From Spongospora subterranea f. sp. subterranea (Eukaryota), in NCBI GenBank assembly GCA_049724395.1, contig JAUGWO010000108.1, forward strand, positions 1 to 64,000: DNA of 64,000 nucleotides, given 5' to 3'. The position numbers and the translations under genes are program-made. Under the pieces are notes generated by a model. It saw only the letters and a list, made by a program, of their open reading frames with translations, did not search any database and was not told the origin of the DNA. Positions 39,455-52,197 of the stretch are shown here, piece after piece. The first letter of the stretch is position 1. Each line of letters starts with the position of its first letter.

Positions 39455-42400
39455 ATGAGCCGATCGATGGATGACACGAAGATCACGAGCGAGGGGAAGG
39501 CGAAACCAGCGTCAATGGCGACGGAAGTGGGCACCGCCCCCATCACACCCCAACCGATCGCTGGAACTAAACTCTCCAACGGATTGGGACGAGAACAAAA
39601 ACGACAACAGGTTCCGTTCAATTCAATGCCGTTTTCAACCTCACAGACGTCGAATACGTTTTTGTGTTGAGAGGATTCGTTGGGTGTTTTCCTGTATTGA
39701 TCGTGCGATGCAGACGGTGCAACGCGATCGGCTGGGGAGGGTGAAGCGCCAGAATATCGGGCTGATAGCGCTGGCCGACACGGTCCTGCTACTGGCCATG
39801 ACTTTCCAGATGGTCTGGCTGTCGTCGTCACTCAGGGACATGATCGTGACCAAGGCCGACAACATGGCCAGCTTCCTGGCCTTTCAATATGGCGAATCCC
39901 AACACGGAATGGTATTTCCCACAGAACAGCAATATGTTTCGATAATCGAGTCATCAACGCTGTTCGGAAAAGATTCTCGTAATCGATGGAGTTTTGTTCA
40001 TGAAAATTTGGCTTCCGTCGACAAATTTCAGTCGACAACTCAAACCATGTTTTGTTGACGAGTTCCTGTTTTGTTCATGGGTTTCTCGATGGACGATGAC
40101 GATGGTGATGTTTTAGGAGGTGGGGATCGTACCGATACACGTACAATTCCAGCACGAGCTCGTCGTGCGCCTTGCTTGAATCGCCCAACGATCCCCATCT
40201 AGTCGACGAACATCACAAGCGCTTCCTGAACGAGATCCACAGCCGCCGGATCGAGTTCGCCCTGATCACCGACACGATCGGGTCGGTGATCGCCACAGCT
40301 GGCCCATCAATGGCCATCGGTACTGTGTTCAATCCGGCCGATATCGTCTCCCGATATACTCAGCAGTTCTTCTCGTCGTCTTTACCGGTGGGTCTCAAAT
40401 GTTCTCGGATAACGTGTTTCGATTTACAACCCCGATTTCATTGCTGTCGTTGGTCATTTCCAATCTAAGTTTTATGGGCGGTCGTAATGATGAAGTTATC
40501 ACCAATATAACGGGACGAGTTAGTTGATTCCGTTTTTGATTATGATTATGTTCTCGATTTCCAAAAAAGAGAACGAGTGAAATTAAATGAAAAACTCCAT
40601 TTTCAAATCAAGGCTCCAGCGTGAGAAATGAGGGTTTGTCCAGAAAACAAAATAGATTGACTCCTTCAAAATAGATTACGATAATTTTTCCCGCGATCAC
40701 AAACACTGCAAATCGCAAACTAAATAATCATTCCTGTTTTGTGGAACAGATGTGGACATCGGTCATGGTGCCCATGAACGACTTCCAAATCATGAACGCG
40801 CCCGAATTCGGTCCTGTCAAAGTATCCGAGTTCGGGAACGGGGGTAATTACGGGACATGGCGCGATCAAATCGGGGGCTCGTTGGTCCAGTTCGTTCTGT
40901 CGCCATTTCCCTGTGGGCGATCAGAACCGATCGGATATCTGATCATGGGTAAAGCGAAACTATCTTTATTCTGAGTTGATCATATTGGTCATCACGATCT
41001 TTCAATCATTGCCCCATATCGTTGACAATTAGTGTTGATTTTGAAATACATTTCTCGATGTTTCAGATCCAAATGTTTTTTTCATGGTACTTGCGAGATC
41101 GTCCCCAAATACACATAAAATGCATTATTTGCTAAATTTTGGTTGACCACATGAATTCACACACTGTTTGATGATTTCCTGTCGTCATTGTTTGTTCTGA
41201 TTTGTTGGCGCCATAGGCAGGGCAATAACGCCCAATAAACTCGACAGGTTCTCGTCGGTTGTGAAACTACAGGGCGGAGGGTTCTCGGCGTTGGTCGCCA
41301 AGGACCTGAATGGGACCTGGTCGACAGCGACCTCGTTTGCGTCATCGGGGTCGAATCAGGGCGTCGTATCAACTCCAGATATCGCCAAGTTCTACTCCGA
41401 TGAAGAGTTCGAGGAGTTCCTGAATCCAACGGATTCCTTGGCACATTCGTCAATAACAATCGGTAAATCGACACAAAACCAACGTTGAAAACTGATTCAA
41501 GGAGTTGAGTGACAATTTTCAAATATGACGATGTTGTGAAAAGGAAATGGCGATTTCAACAGATGTCGTTTTCGATTGAAACACCTGAACAAAGCGATTT
41601 TATTTTGAAACGGGTTTTGAAGAATTCTTTCTTTTTTGACGAACTTGTCAGGGGATGTTCAGTACCAGGTGTCTGGCGGTCCTGTCCATCCGACGACACT
41701 GGGCGAGGAAGAGGAAGTGCCAGAAGCGTTACTGCCCACACGGGCCGTGTATCTTCTCGGACTTCCCGACGCCCGAGGTCCGTAGAGTGGTCTACAAGGC
41801 CATGTCCTGGCACATTCCCTTCCTCGTGTTCATGTTCATCATGAGCCTGGCCACGTTGAAATACACATGTAATTGACGGGGTTTCTCCCTGTTCGGTGCT
41901 CTCGATTTTCAGGTTTATTGATAAAATGGCCGTCCGCTGTAGTTATCAAATTTATCGATCCGATGCAGCAGCTGATCGACTCGGTCCGAAACAAAAGGTG
42001 TCATCAATTCATTCCATATTGGGACAAAACGTTGAATTTCAATTGTTTTCTTTGCACCCAAATCAAGAACATGTCGAAATCTGATATTATCAATGGCCTT
42101 GCCGTTCTGATTTGTTTGATTTAAAAACGTGAAACAAGATTCGAATTTATTAACGGTTTTGCAACAGGATCAAAGAATTCAATGAGAAGGTTCGCGTGAT
42201 GAAGGCGAACAAGTCGGTGCTGGTGAGTCTGATCATCAAGGCGGTCATGATCCAGGTGATATTGGTCGGGTTGATCTTCGTCAATATCGACCTACTCACT
42301 AAATCGGTCGATCAGTTCACGTCGGCCACGTCCGAGGTGAATATTTCCGCTTCTTTACTCAAATATATCGTCATTTTCGAAGAAAATACACTTTTTCGCC

Positions 42401-44300
42401 TGGAAAATCAAAGGCTATAATTGTGTTTTTTGCATAAGTACGACGATCTCTGTAACTTTTGTTGTTGAAGTGTTTGTGAATCGTTTGTCCATTAATGAAC
42501 CTTCAGTGAACAACAACAACGATTGATGATTGAGATTGGTGAAACTGTTTTTTTTTTACGCTTTAGGGGGCCGTCATGAGCGAAGTTCAATCGGAAAAGG
42601 CGGATCATGTTGGCGGTTTCTTGATCGGATGGTCCGGTTTCGACACGTTGATCAATGCGATGGCGATCGGGCACTTCCCCGATAGTCAGACCGAGAAATT
42701 GGCGGCCAGCGCCGAGTATCTGGAAGTGGATTCCCTTTCGGCCATCTCACTGTAAAAACCGAACAACACACCACATCGGTGTTCACAAGTTTCCCATGTT
42801 GAAGTTATCTAAAACGATCTGATCATACTTCAAAATTCAAATAATGCCGTTTAAGCCCAATCTCAGACCCAGCCACAAGTTTTCAATTATTGGACACCTG
42901 CAATTTCTGAGAAATCAATATCCGCCCAAGTGCGGCAGAAAACTGACCCGCAATTTCCGATTTCATTGTTCTCTGGTTTAGACCCAATGATCTGACAACT
43001 AGATTGTTCCTGATCTAGGAATTCAGTGATAATCTCCAGCAGTTATGGGCTTGCAGAAGGGAACATGTTCCCGTCCAAAGATTTGATTGATTACATGGTC
43101 AAACGCGATCCGTCCGATCGTTCAGTGGTCACGACCACCCTGTTCTGGAGCGGTGACGACGTTGCCACATATACGCAGAGCGAGTTATCATCGGAATATC
43201 AGGGCCCGATTGTGGTTCGTATCAGCGCCGTTCCTATCAACAATAGAACAGGTCAGTCTGATCGCGACAAAACCTGTTGTTTTCTTATCATGACCGGTGT
43301 GGATTTTCGCTCTATTCAATCGCACGATTGCTTTGGAGGTTTGACGATGAACCGCGTTATTCTGAGCGTTTTCCCCCTTCTGTTCGTAGCTGTTGATGGA
43401 GTACTGGTACACGGTGATATGATCGGGGCCTTGATCGCTGTCGATGTGTTTAACGGGAAAGAGTCGATCTGGGAGCACGCCCTGGAGGTGTTCAATAACG
43501 GTTATTTCGGTCCGATGTCCCACAGATTTCGCCATCGACATCACTGAACGACTGCTCTGTTGTTCAATAGGCGCTTTCGTCTGGGATAAGTTCAGACACA
43601 GTTTCGCAACGATGACCACTGTCCTCAAGGTATTTTCCCCCATTTTCACCATATTTTCATTCACGTGTTTTCTGTTTGTTTCCGCAAGTTCATCAAACGA
43701 TTCCAACCTTTCGTGTATCTATAGGCTTCCGAAGAGGAGGTTTCGTATGGAGTGGAGCTTGAAGGTCCATCGCGAAGTATTCTATCTCGAGGACTCGGTA
43801 GTTCATATTCCGACAGCGGTATTTACCTAGAACGCGACGTGACCATTGATGGGAATCTGTACTCGACGTCCGTTGTCCCATTGGTCGAATCTGGTGAACT
43901 GTCGTTCTCGAATTTCGTGTTGAACGCCTACATTGTTCGAGGAGTTGATCAATCCGCTTGGATGACCTTGCTATACACTCAGATTGTGATTCAAATCGCA
44001 ATCATGGTCGTTGAAGTTGTGGCGTCACTGATCAGTCTATTGCTGTCGTATTTGCCCATGAGGAAGTTCCTGAACGTACTTGAGCGCACGTTCACGATCC
44101 CGTCAATGTCCCAAGCTCAGCGAAACATTGAGGACCAGAAAGCTGCTAAGATTATGGCGGCCTCAGAGGAACATCATCTCAACAATGAGCCGGGATCAGT
44201 TCTGGTAAATTTTAATACCGCCGCTCCCAGTTCCAAACCCAATATCATATCAAGCGCCGCTCCCAATTCCAAACCCAATATCATGTCAAGTCTCCTTTGA
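39455..44300 (+). CDS. Tandem Cache-like sensor 4-TM protein, paralog C (13 exons; +1 indels in the G run 40122-40125 and the C runs 41765-41774)
   Basis: Exons colinear with D; the most divergent paralog; C-terminal 36-bp tandem duplication (AAPSSKPNIISS / AAPNSKPNIMSS). Confidence 0.85.
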
Positions 44301-44559
44301 TAAGGACTAGTTGGTGTCTCCCAATACATCTCAATTACTTCACCGATAATTGTTGTACGACTAGGGCCGACAGATTGACCTTTGATCTGATCCTGATTGG
44401 ATATTGGAGATGTTGCTGAGATGAGTTAACGACACGTGGGCGAATGGAAACAGTAAACAGCTGAGGGCGATTAACGATCTTCCGTTGAACACATAATTGC
44501 GTCGCTGATCACAGCGGCGAATGGGGTTTTGAATTGCACTTGTGCCCTATCAATTCGGA

Positions 44560-44780
44560 GACGACGACGCTTTGCTCGAGCTGCGCCCAGCACGCCACAT
44601 TTCTTCATGCTGACCGCTATGAAATATTGCTTACCTGGGCATGACGCAATAGGCAGCAGACTTCTTGATAACCAAATATACTGCAGTTCAATCTGCTGTG
44701 GTTCGTGCCATCAAAAGCTTTCAGTTGCATTTGCATGACATTGGATGGCGCTACCAATCATGCTGAAAACAAGTATTGAA
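44560..44780 (+). mobile_element. Possible hAT transposase fragment
   Basis: YCLPGHDAIGSRLLD ... LDGATN resembles the hAT region around the first catalytic Asp. Confidence 0.45.
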
Positions 44781-45239
44781 CACGACGTTTTGCCAGAATG
44801 TGACGATGATTTTGAGGAAATCATTTTGGAAGAGCAAGTTGTCTTATTTTGTCCAGAAACACGTCCAACGAATAGAAAAAAGTTTCAAAATGAGATTTTA
44901 TTTAGATGCATTTAAAAAGCGACGCAAACATTCAAAATGCAACACTAGCCATGTACCAACTAAACACCAACTAACTCAGTTTTGGCACATAGAAATGACC
45001 CTGACCAATTCATAAAATGAAACCGGCACGAAAACGTTCAACCGCATCGCCGGTGCGGTCCTCACACGCGTAGCAGGGCATGCCCGGCACGATAAGTCGG
45101 CAGATGCTTGTTATGCCAGACCAGATGGCGTTATTAAACCATAAAGAACATTAATACATGTATGTACGTTGGCAGTGAATTTGCAAGCCCGGGCAGTTTG
45201 CGATCATGCCCTGTTGTCCAACGCCATGCGTGGTCTGCC

Positions 45240-47004
45240 CAAATGTTTAGAGTGGTGCCAGATCAGCAGAATACAACTACCAAACTCATGAAACCGACGC
45301 AAAACTTGCTTTAAAACGTGAAGGTATTGATGAACATTGGGAGGGTAGCCTAGTATGTCATCAATCCATAACAAAACGCAAACGTTTGAGCAGATCACCC
45401 AGGACTTCTTGCATTCCCGATTGAAAAACGAATACGGAATCAACAATATCCTGGATTATTCTCTTTGGTGTAAGAACAGCTTCATGTGTCATAAAACTGC
45501 ACCATTCTCTAGAGTCTTCATGAAGGGGAAATTGCCAATACCCCTCAAAGCAATCTAATAGAAAAATGATTTGAGCGTCCTTTAAGTTAATATGATATCT
45601 ATATTGGGCATCGGCCCTATAGTTCTTTCAATGACCTGGTTTACGTCCTTTACGTCAACAGTCAAACGAAAACCATTATTACCCGGCTTTGATAGAAGTA
45701 AAGCAGCAGATGGGCAACGACTAGAAGGATTACAATAAAGGAATCCATTCTTCTCAAGAGTAGCTCTATGTCCTCTCAATGAAGTCTTGATGTGCAGGAG
45801 CATATCTACTTGCGCGACATTTGACAAACTTAGCGCCAGGTTTGATATGAAGCTTCATAGCCGGCGGATCATTGCCGAGCTTACACCTCCAAATGTCTTC
45901 AACCCCATAAACAATTTCCTTGAGAAGCAGTCCATGTTCCGCTGGCAAACCCGTTTTCAGCGCTCTCTGAATCATTTTGGAATGAATTTCGGCCTTCTCA
46001 TCACTTCCGAACTCAATACAATCATCGCATCCCGGTTCCATCTCGTCATTTGGAATGCTGCACCTTCGGATTTTGGGAACAGCACCATTTTGGTTCGACG
46101 TGATCTCCTCACATTCCAAATCAATAATTCGCGAAACAAAATCTCGTTTAATCGCTCTTAAAAAATCGTATCCGGATCAATACGAAGATTGTATAATTCT
46201 GGGTTGCCAATCAGGACTGCGTTCATGTCGTCATTGATGGTCATACATTCCACGCGTCGAAAATTAACAATTCCTGCGTTCGTATGTAATCTTAGATCCA
46301 AATTTACAGATCCTATGACCTTAGTGTTCTCTGCTGATACAATCGCCTGAGCACATGCTATCGGTGATTGAAACAAACGAATACACACTGGCGTCAGCTC
46401 AGAAATACGTCGGAAAAGGCTTTCGGACAAAACCGTATTTGAGGAATTATTGTCCAATTCATAGGGAAATTCCATCTTTCCTTGAATTACAACAACTTGA
46501 AAGCTCGCGGGATCATATCGAAATCGTCGAGAAGGTTTACATCTCGGGTACACATATAACGGCTGGCATCTTTCGGATGAAACAATCTCCCAGAACTTTA
46601 CTATAGTTTGTAAAATTACTTGGCTTTGCCGTTTCAGTTCCCACATTTAGTCGACTTCGAATTACTCAAAAAAACTTTCATTAACGCCAACAGTTGTTCT
46701 GTTAAGAAATCATTTGCCTCGCTTGCTCGAATCAAAGCTCAATTAACCGTTGCTGGTCCGAAGCGGTCTCTGCCGTTGCAGAAAGGCGTTTTTGCCTCTC
46801 AATACTTTCGGTAGTCACTTCAGGATCCGATAAATTTCTACATAGTCTTCGTATTTCGTCGATAGAGCTCGGGTAGAAGCGTTGTTGACCCGCCCGGTAG
46901 CTATCAGGGACACCGATCCCCATTAGCAGCGAACGACGGGTACGATCAAAGTCGATAACGACAGAAACCACTGAACGAGCGACACAGTAATAGCGCGCTC
47001 TACA
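45240..47004 (-). mobile_element. Ty3/gypsy element of the same family as 1-3088 (5' LTR, gag, protease, RT), decayed
   Basis: LTR sequence gtacccgtcg..ggggatcggtgtccc; gag SATAETASDQQRLIEL like ORF 129-437; LGNDPPA; LLWIDDILG. Confidence 0.88.
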
Positions 47005-47019
47005 CAGAGCAATAGGAAA

Positions 47020-47400
47020 TCTTTTTTAAACAACAACATTTCTGCTCAAGTTCATTTATCTCAAATGTCGCATACGAGTACAGAGAAATCATGACGAACC
47101 CTTTCGCATGATAAATTCCAATAAAGACGGAGACCTGAGTGAAAGTATCGGCGTTCAAGGACGGATGTTTTGCGAGTCCAATGGGCTTCGTCAACGAAGA
47201 CGAAAGCGGTACCGTCAGATGGGTCCAGTGAAACGGTTTGACAATCGCCCACCATTGGTAAATGTCGACATTTAGCGTTTGAGTGACGGCAGTTGCCAGG
47301 ATCTGAATACGCCCACACCATTACCCTTTCTCAATCCGACCCAATCCAGTAGACCTCTTTAATGAGCGATGAGAGGTCCACTCATTCACCGATCTGAATC
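47020..47400 (-). mobile_element. Possible IS630/Tc1-like transposase fragment
   Basis: FVFVDEAHW resembles the first catalytic motif; otherwise decayed. Confidence 0.3.
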
Positions 47401-47705
47401 TCGGCACCTTCATCCGTTTCTGGAACCCCTAAACCGAACCGGGGTTCAATGGTTCAACTACCAGACAGGTGATCTTCCAGATACCAATAACATCCACCAA
47501 GATTTGAAATCCGAATCTGAGTGGGTTTAACTTATCTGCCGCCGAGCGCAAATTCGGTTCATTTGCGATCGTGGATAATCTAGACCGCGTAGACAGCGAT
47601 CGATTGTACGCTCGATCATCTAGTTTCACTTGTACCCTCGAATGGATTTTTTGGTGGGCCGGGCCCAGGATTCATTTGGAGTCGGTCCCTAGTTCGGTTC
47701 ACAGA

Positions 47706-50700
47706 ATGCAAATGCAGAGCACGGCATCATTGCCCGCAATCGATCATCCCAGCACCGTCGACAACTCTGGCACGGTTGACCACATTGCTGGAACCTCGTC
47801 TTGTGGTCCCAATGCCAATACGGCTCAGAAATCATCACTTGGGTCCGCAAACAAACAAAAACAGGTGGAAATCGCTCTGTTCCCCACGATTTCTTCGCTC
47901 CAAAAACCATTACTGTTGAGGGTCGTTTGTTGAGCCAATTCTTTGAGACGTTGTTTCAATTTACGATTGATCTGACAAACTCAAAATCGAGATGTATTTA
48001 TTGAGTTCGCCCACCACCACCACGAGACTGATTTCACTGTTGTCAGACGAACCAGCGGGAACGCCTGACCATTGTGAAAAGGCGGATCGTGGGTCTAATC
48101 CTGTTGGCGGATCTCGCCGTCGTCCTGTGCATCGTGTTCCAGATTGTCTGGCTGTCGCACTCCCTGAACGACATGTTTGGCGCCAAGACCACCAGTACTG
48201 CCGACTATCTTCAGTTCGATTATCGCGAATCCATTCGCGACATGGTACGCTTCATTGTCTCCATTGCCACAGTTCCGTTTGATGATTATCAATCGAAAGA
48301 CATCAATTTGAAAATCACCAAACCTTATCGTGTTGAGGTTCTCATTTCTTCGATTTTTTTGTTTCCGGCGCAATCGTCGTTGTGTTGACGTGTGATATAT
48401 GTTTGGTGATATAGTGTCTGGGATCGTACCGATATACCTACAACGCGAGCACGAGTTCAACATGTGTATTGCTGAGATCGCCACAGGACGCGTATCTGAT
48501 CGACGAGCACCATATCCGCTTCCTGAACGAGATCCAGAGTCGCCATATCGAGTTCGTTGTTCTGACCGATGTCGTTGGTCGTGTTGTCGCTAGTGCCGGT
48601 CCATCGTCAGTTATCGGCTCCGTATTTGACCCTGATGGGATTGTGTCCACCTATAATTCCACATATTTCTTATCTGGAGCTCCTGTCAGTGACAATCACA
48701 ATTCGTAATCTATCAATATTGCCCAGTTTCACTTGCTGTTCCCCTGCTGGTTTGAACTTCTTCTACGCATGATGAATGTTCTGTGAATCTAGTTTCCACA
48801 TTCGGCCATGTTTTTATCTTGAAAATGTTCAACCTTCATTGCTGTCTAATGAGGTTTCTATGTTGATGCGCTTGTGAAATATATCGGTGCCGAAATTCAA
48901 TGTCAACACTGTTAAGAACAGGTCTCGTCATCTGTGATGGTTCCGTCATCATTGTTCGAGACGATGGAGTCTGTGGAATTCGGCCCTCGAGGCGACACTT
49001 CGTTGGGCATGGGTGACGACCTGCCATCGTGGCGTGATCAGCCTGGAGGAACTTTGGTTCAATTTACAATTTCCCCATTCCATTGTGGAACTAGTTCTCC
49101 AATCGGCTATATTCTTATGGGTATGGAATATATCTCCATCGCCACAATATGTTTTTCGATTTGTTCGCGATCAACAACTTCATTTCTTCCGTGCATGTTG
49201 TTCTAATCGTTTTCCATATCTCAGGAAGAGCCATTACACGGCGAAAGTACGATCTATTCTCAACTGTCGTGAATCTTCAAAAGAGCGGGTTTTCTGCGAT
49301 TGTGGCACAATCCCTCGACGGTACATGGACAACGGCAACCTCGTTTGCTTGGAAAACGACCGCAGATGGTTTGGGGTCAACTCCAGATATTTCAGATTTC
49401 TATTACAGCGACCAGCTTCAGGACGTTCTGAAGTCGCCAGGTCATTCGGTGCTATCCACAATAACTATCGGTAAACCCCAAACACATTTACTTGTGGGGT
49501 TGTGCTTGGGATGTTTCCGGTTTCGCCATCTGACCTTTCCCCGTGCGGTTTATGCTGGACCATCAACGTCAAAAAAGCGGCGAATCCAAAAATTTCTGTT
49601 TGACTTTCTGGATTATATTGCTCCTGCGATTTGGTCCCAAATGCTGTGTGTTTAGACGACACCGATTATCTGGTGGCCGCCGGTCCTGTTCCTGGCACCA
49701 TGCTCGAGGGATCTTCTGCTCCAGAATCGCTGAACGACGCCAGGGCGGTGTACCTGTTCGGCGCGCCCAACGCTGTGGTCCGTCACCTGGTCCTCACGTC
49801 CATATCCTGGCAGATTCCATTCGCCATATTCCTCTTCATAATGAGCTGGGCCACTCTCAAGTTTATGTGTAGGAAATCCAAAAACTCGGGAACGCGCTTT
49901 TGTGTCCTCTAACACTGGTCCCCTTTAGTTGTCAAATTCATTGATCCGATGCAGCAGCTGATTGAATCTGTTCGAAATAAAAGGTCGGCAGCGATTTTTC
50001 CCGTTTCTAATGTTGTCGGTTCTGTTTTTGTGATTGCTTCTACGAATCCCTAATAGGTCTGAATTAGACCATCTTCTGGATTTTTTTTTTCAATGCGATT
50101 ATCGGGTTTCGTATTGTGTTTAGCACAGAATCGTTCATCCATTCACTCAGTGCATGCACCGTGTTAGAATTCAAGAGTTCAACGAGAAGGTTCGGGCGAT
50201 GAGGGCGAACAAATCGGTATTGGTTAGCTTGATCATGAAAGCGGTGATCGTGCAAGGGATGTTTGTCGGAGTAATCTTCTTGAATATCAATCTCCTAACA
50301 AACTTCGTCAGCGAATTCTCATCAGCGACTTCTGAGGTAATTTCAAAAGAATTGTTTTGTTTGTTCCACTGATCATATGCGGATCTAATCCTCAATTTCT
50401 ATGCAATTCGACATCTCCCAAAATTTTGTACTGTGCCGACAAGTGAGGAATCGAAGTTCCTGATCTAACTTGAGCGTCAGGGAGCGGTCATGAGTCAGGT
50501 CGCACAAGCGAAAGGCCAGGACGTCGGCGGGTTCCTGAAAGGGTGGTCCGGGTTCGACACGCTCATCAACCCGATCGCAGCAGGCGCCTTGTCCATCAGC
50601 GAGACGGCCAAACTTCAGACCAGCGCCACCTTTCTGGAAGTCGATTCCCTTTCCGCCGTCTCAATGTACTCCATAATTCCAAATTTTGTGATGTTTTCAA

Positions 50701-52197
50701 AAAAAGCAACAACCCGCCTGTCATCAAGATGCGTTTTGTGGTTGTTCAAGCTTTCAGCGACCTCGAATATCATTGCTTGCCAGATTCGAGTCGCGTGTTA
50801 AATGGTTTCATTTTTTTTCTCGCTGTTCCGAGAAAACTCAAAGCGCTGAATTGTTGGAATCTTTTTTAGGGGATCCGTTGTTATTGCCAGCAGTCATGGT
50901 CCCGCCACCTCAACACTCTTTCCGTCGATGGGCATGATTGAGTACATGGCCCGGCAGGATCCGGCCGTTCGCGCCCCCGCCGCTACAACGGTGACGTGGA
51001 CCAGGGATCAGATTGCGACGTATTCTCCCAGCAACGCCTCAGTTCGAGAAAAAGGCCCCAAAATCGTTCGACTTATCGCCATTCCTGTCAGCAATCGATC
51101 AAGTATGTAGCTCTTAACACTACGTAATAAGAAATGTTTTGATGTCGAGATTAATTGAGTCCATCGCTTGGTGTGGCCAACGTTTTTGGCCAATTCTTCA
51201 GACTACGTTTTTTATTTAATACCCATTTCCTTATTGTTCCAGTTGTTAACGGAAAGCTGGTGTTTGGGAATATGGTCGGGGCCATCATGATGGTGGACAT
51301 TTTCAACGGGAAGGAGACGGTCTGGGAGCGAGCCCTGGAAGTGTTCAAGGAAGGGTATTTCGGTACCGACCTACACAATCATTTTACTCCATTCCATGAG
51401 CCAACAATATGTCGTATAGGCCTCTTCGTCTGGAACAAGGAATCACGTAATTTCACAACAATATCGACCGTGCTCAAGGTAAATTCCTTCTCGCTTTGCG
51501 AAGTGTTTTGTTTTTGCTGTTGATTCCCGAATAATGGGCTTGTTGCAACCACCACTTTGTATTGTCATTCGCCGAACTGTTGTTATGGGTTTTCCAGTAC
51601 ACCATCCGTTGTTGAGGACCGCCAATCGTTAGGCGCAAAATCAATTGGTAGTCGTTGGACTCCCTCTGATCTAATTTCGCTGTTCCTGTTTAGCGTCCCA
51701 ATATAGATGAGCTCTCGTATGGAGTGGATTTGACGGGCGGCGCTCGTAGTGTTCTGACACGAGGGCTGGAGAGTTCCTACACCGACTCGGGCATCTATCT
51801 GCAGCGCGACGTCTCAATCAGCGGCCAACTGTTTTCCACTTCCGTTGTTCCATTACAGGGACGGAACGAGATCTCGTTCTCGGATTGCGTTCTGAACGCC
51901 TATTTTGTACGGGGAGTGGACCAATCCGCATGGACCACTTTGTTGCAGACACAGATCATAATTCAAATCGTCGTGATGATCGTGGAAATCTTGGCCAACG
52001 TGCTGAGTCTGCTGTTATCCTACCTGCCCATGCGAAATTTTTTGAGACTGTTGCAACGCACGTTCACGGTTCCGTCAGTATCGGGTCGCGAACGCGTCGC
52101 AATGGAGAATAAGGCGGCGAAAATGATGGCCGCCCAAGCCAATCATGCCATCACCACCCCACAGGTTGTCAATGCCTGGTCTCATCCCGACCTTTAA
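47706..52197 (+). CDS. Tandem Cache-like sensor 4-TM protein, paralog D (13 exons, 869 aa, intact)
   Basis: Exons 47706-47864, 48047-48244, 48415-48684, 48922-49120, 49225-49470, 49656-49868, 49929-49983, 50168-50336, 50481-50665, 50870-51102, 51243-51362, 51420-51478, 51694-52197; all GT-AG, 2610 nt in one frame. Confidence 0.92.

Noticed and set aside
20457..52197. Bacterial contamination as the source of the sensor-like genes
   Set aside because: Each gene has 12 spliceosomal GT-AG introns at conserved positions and is interleaved with eukaryotic TEs.
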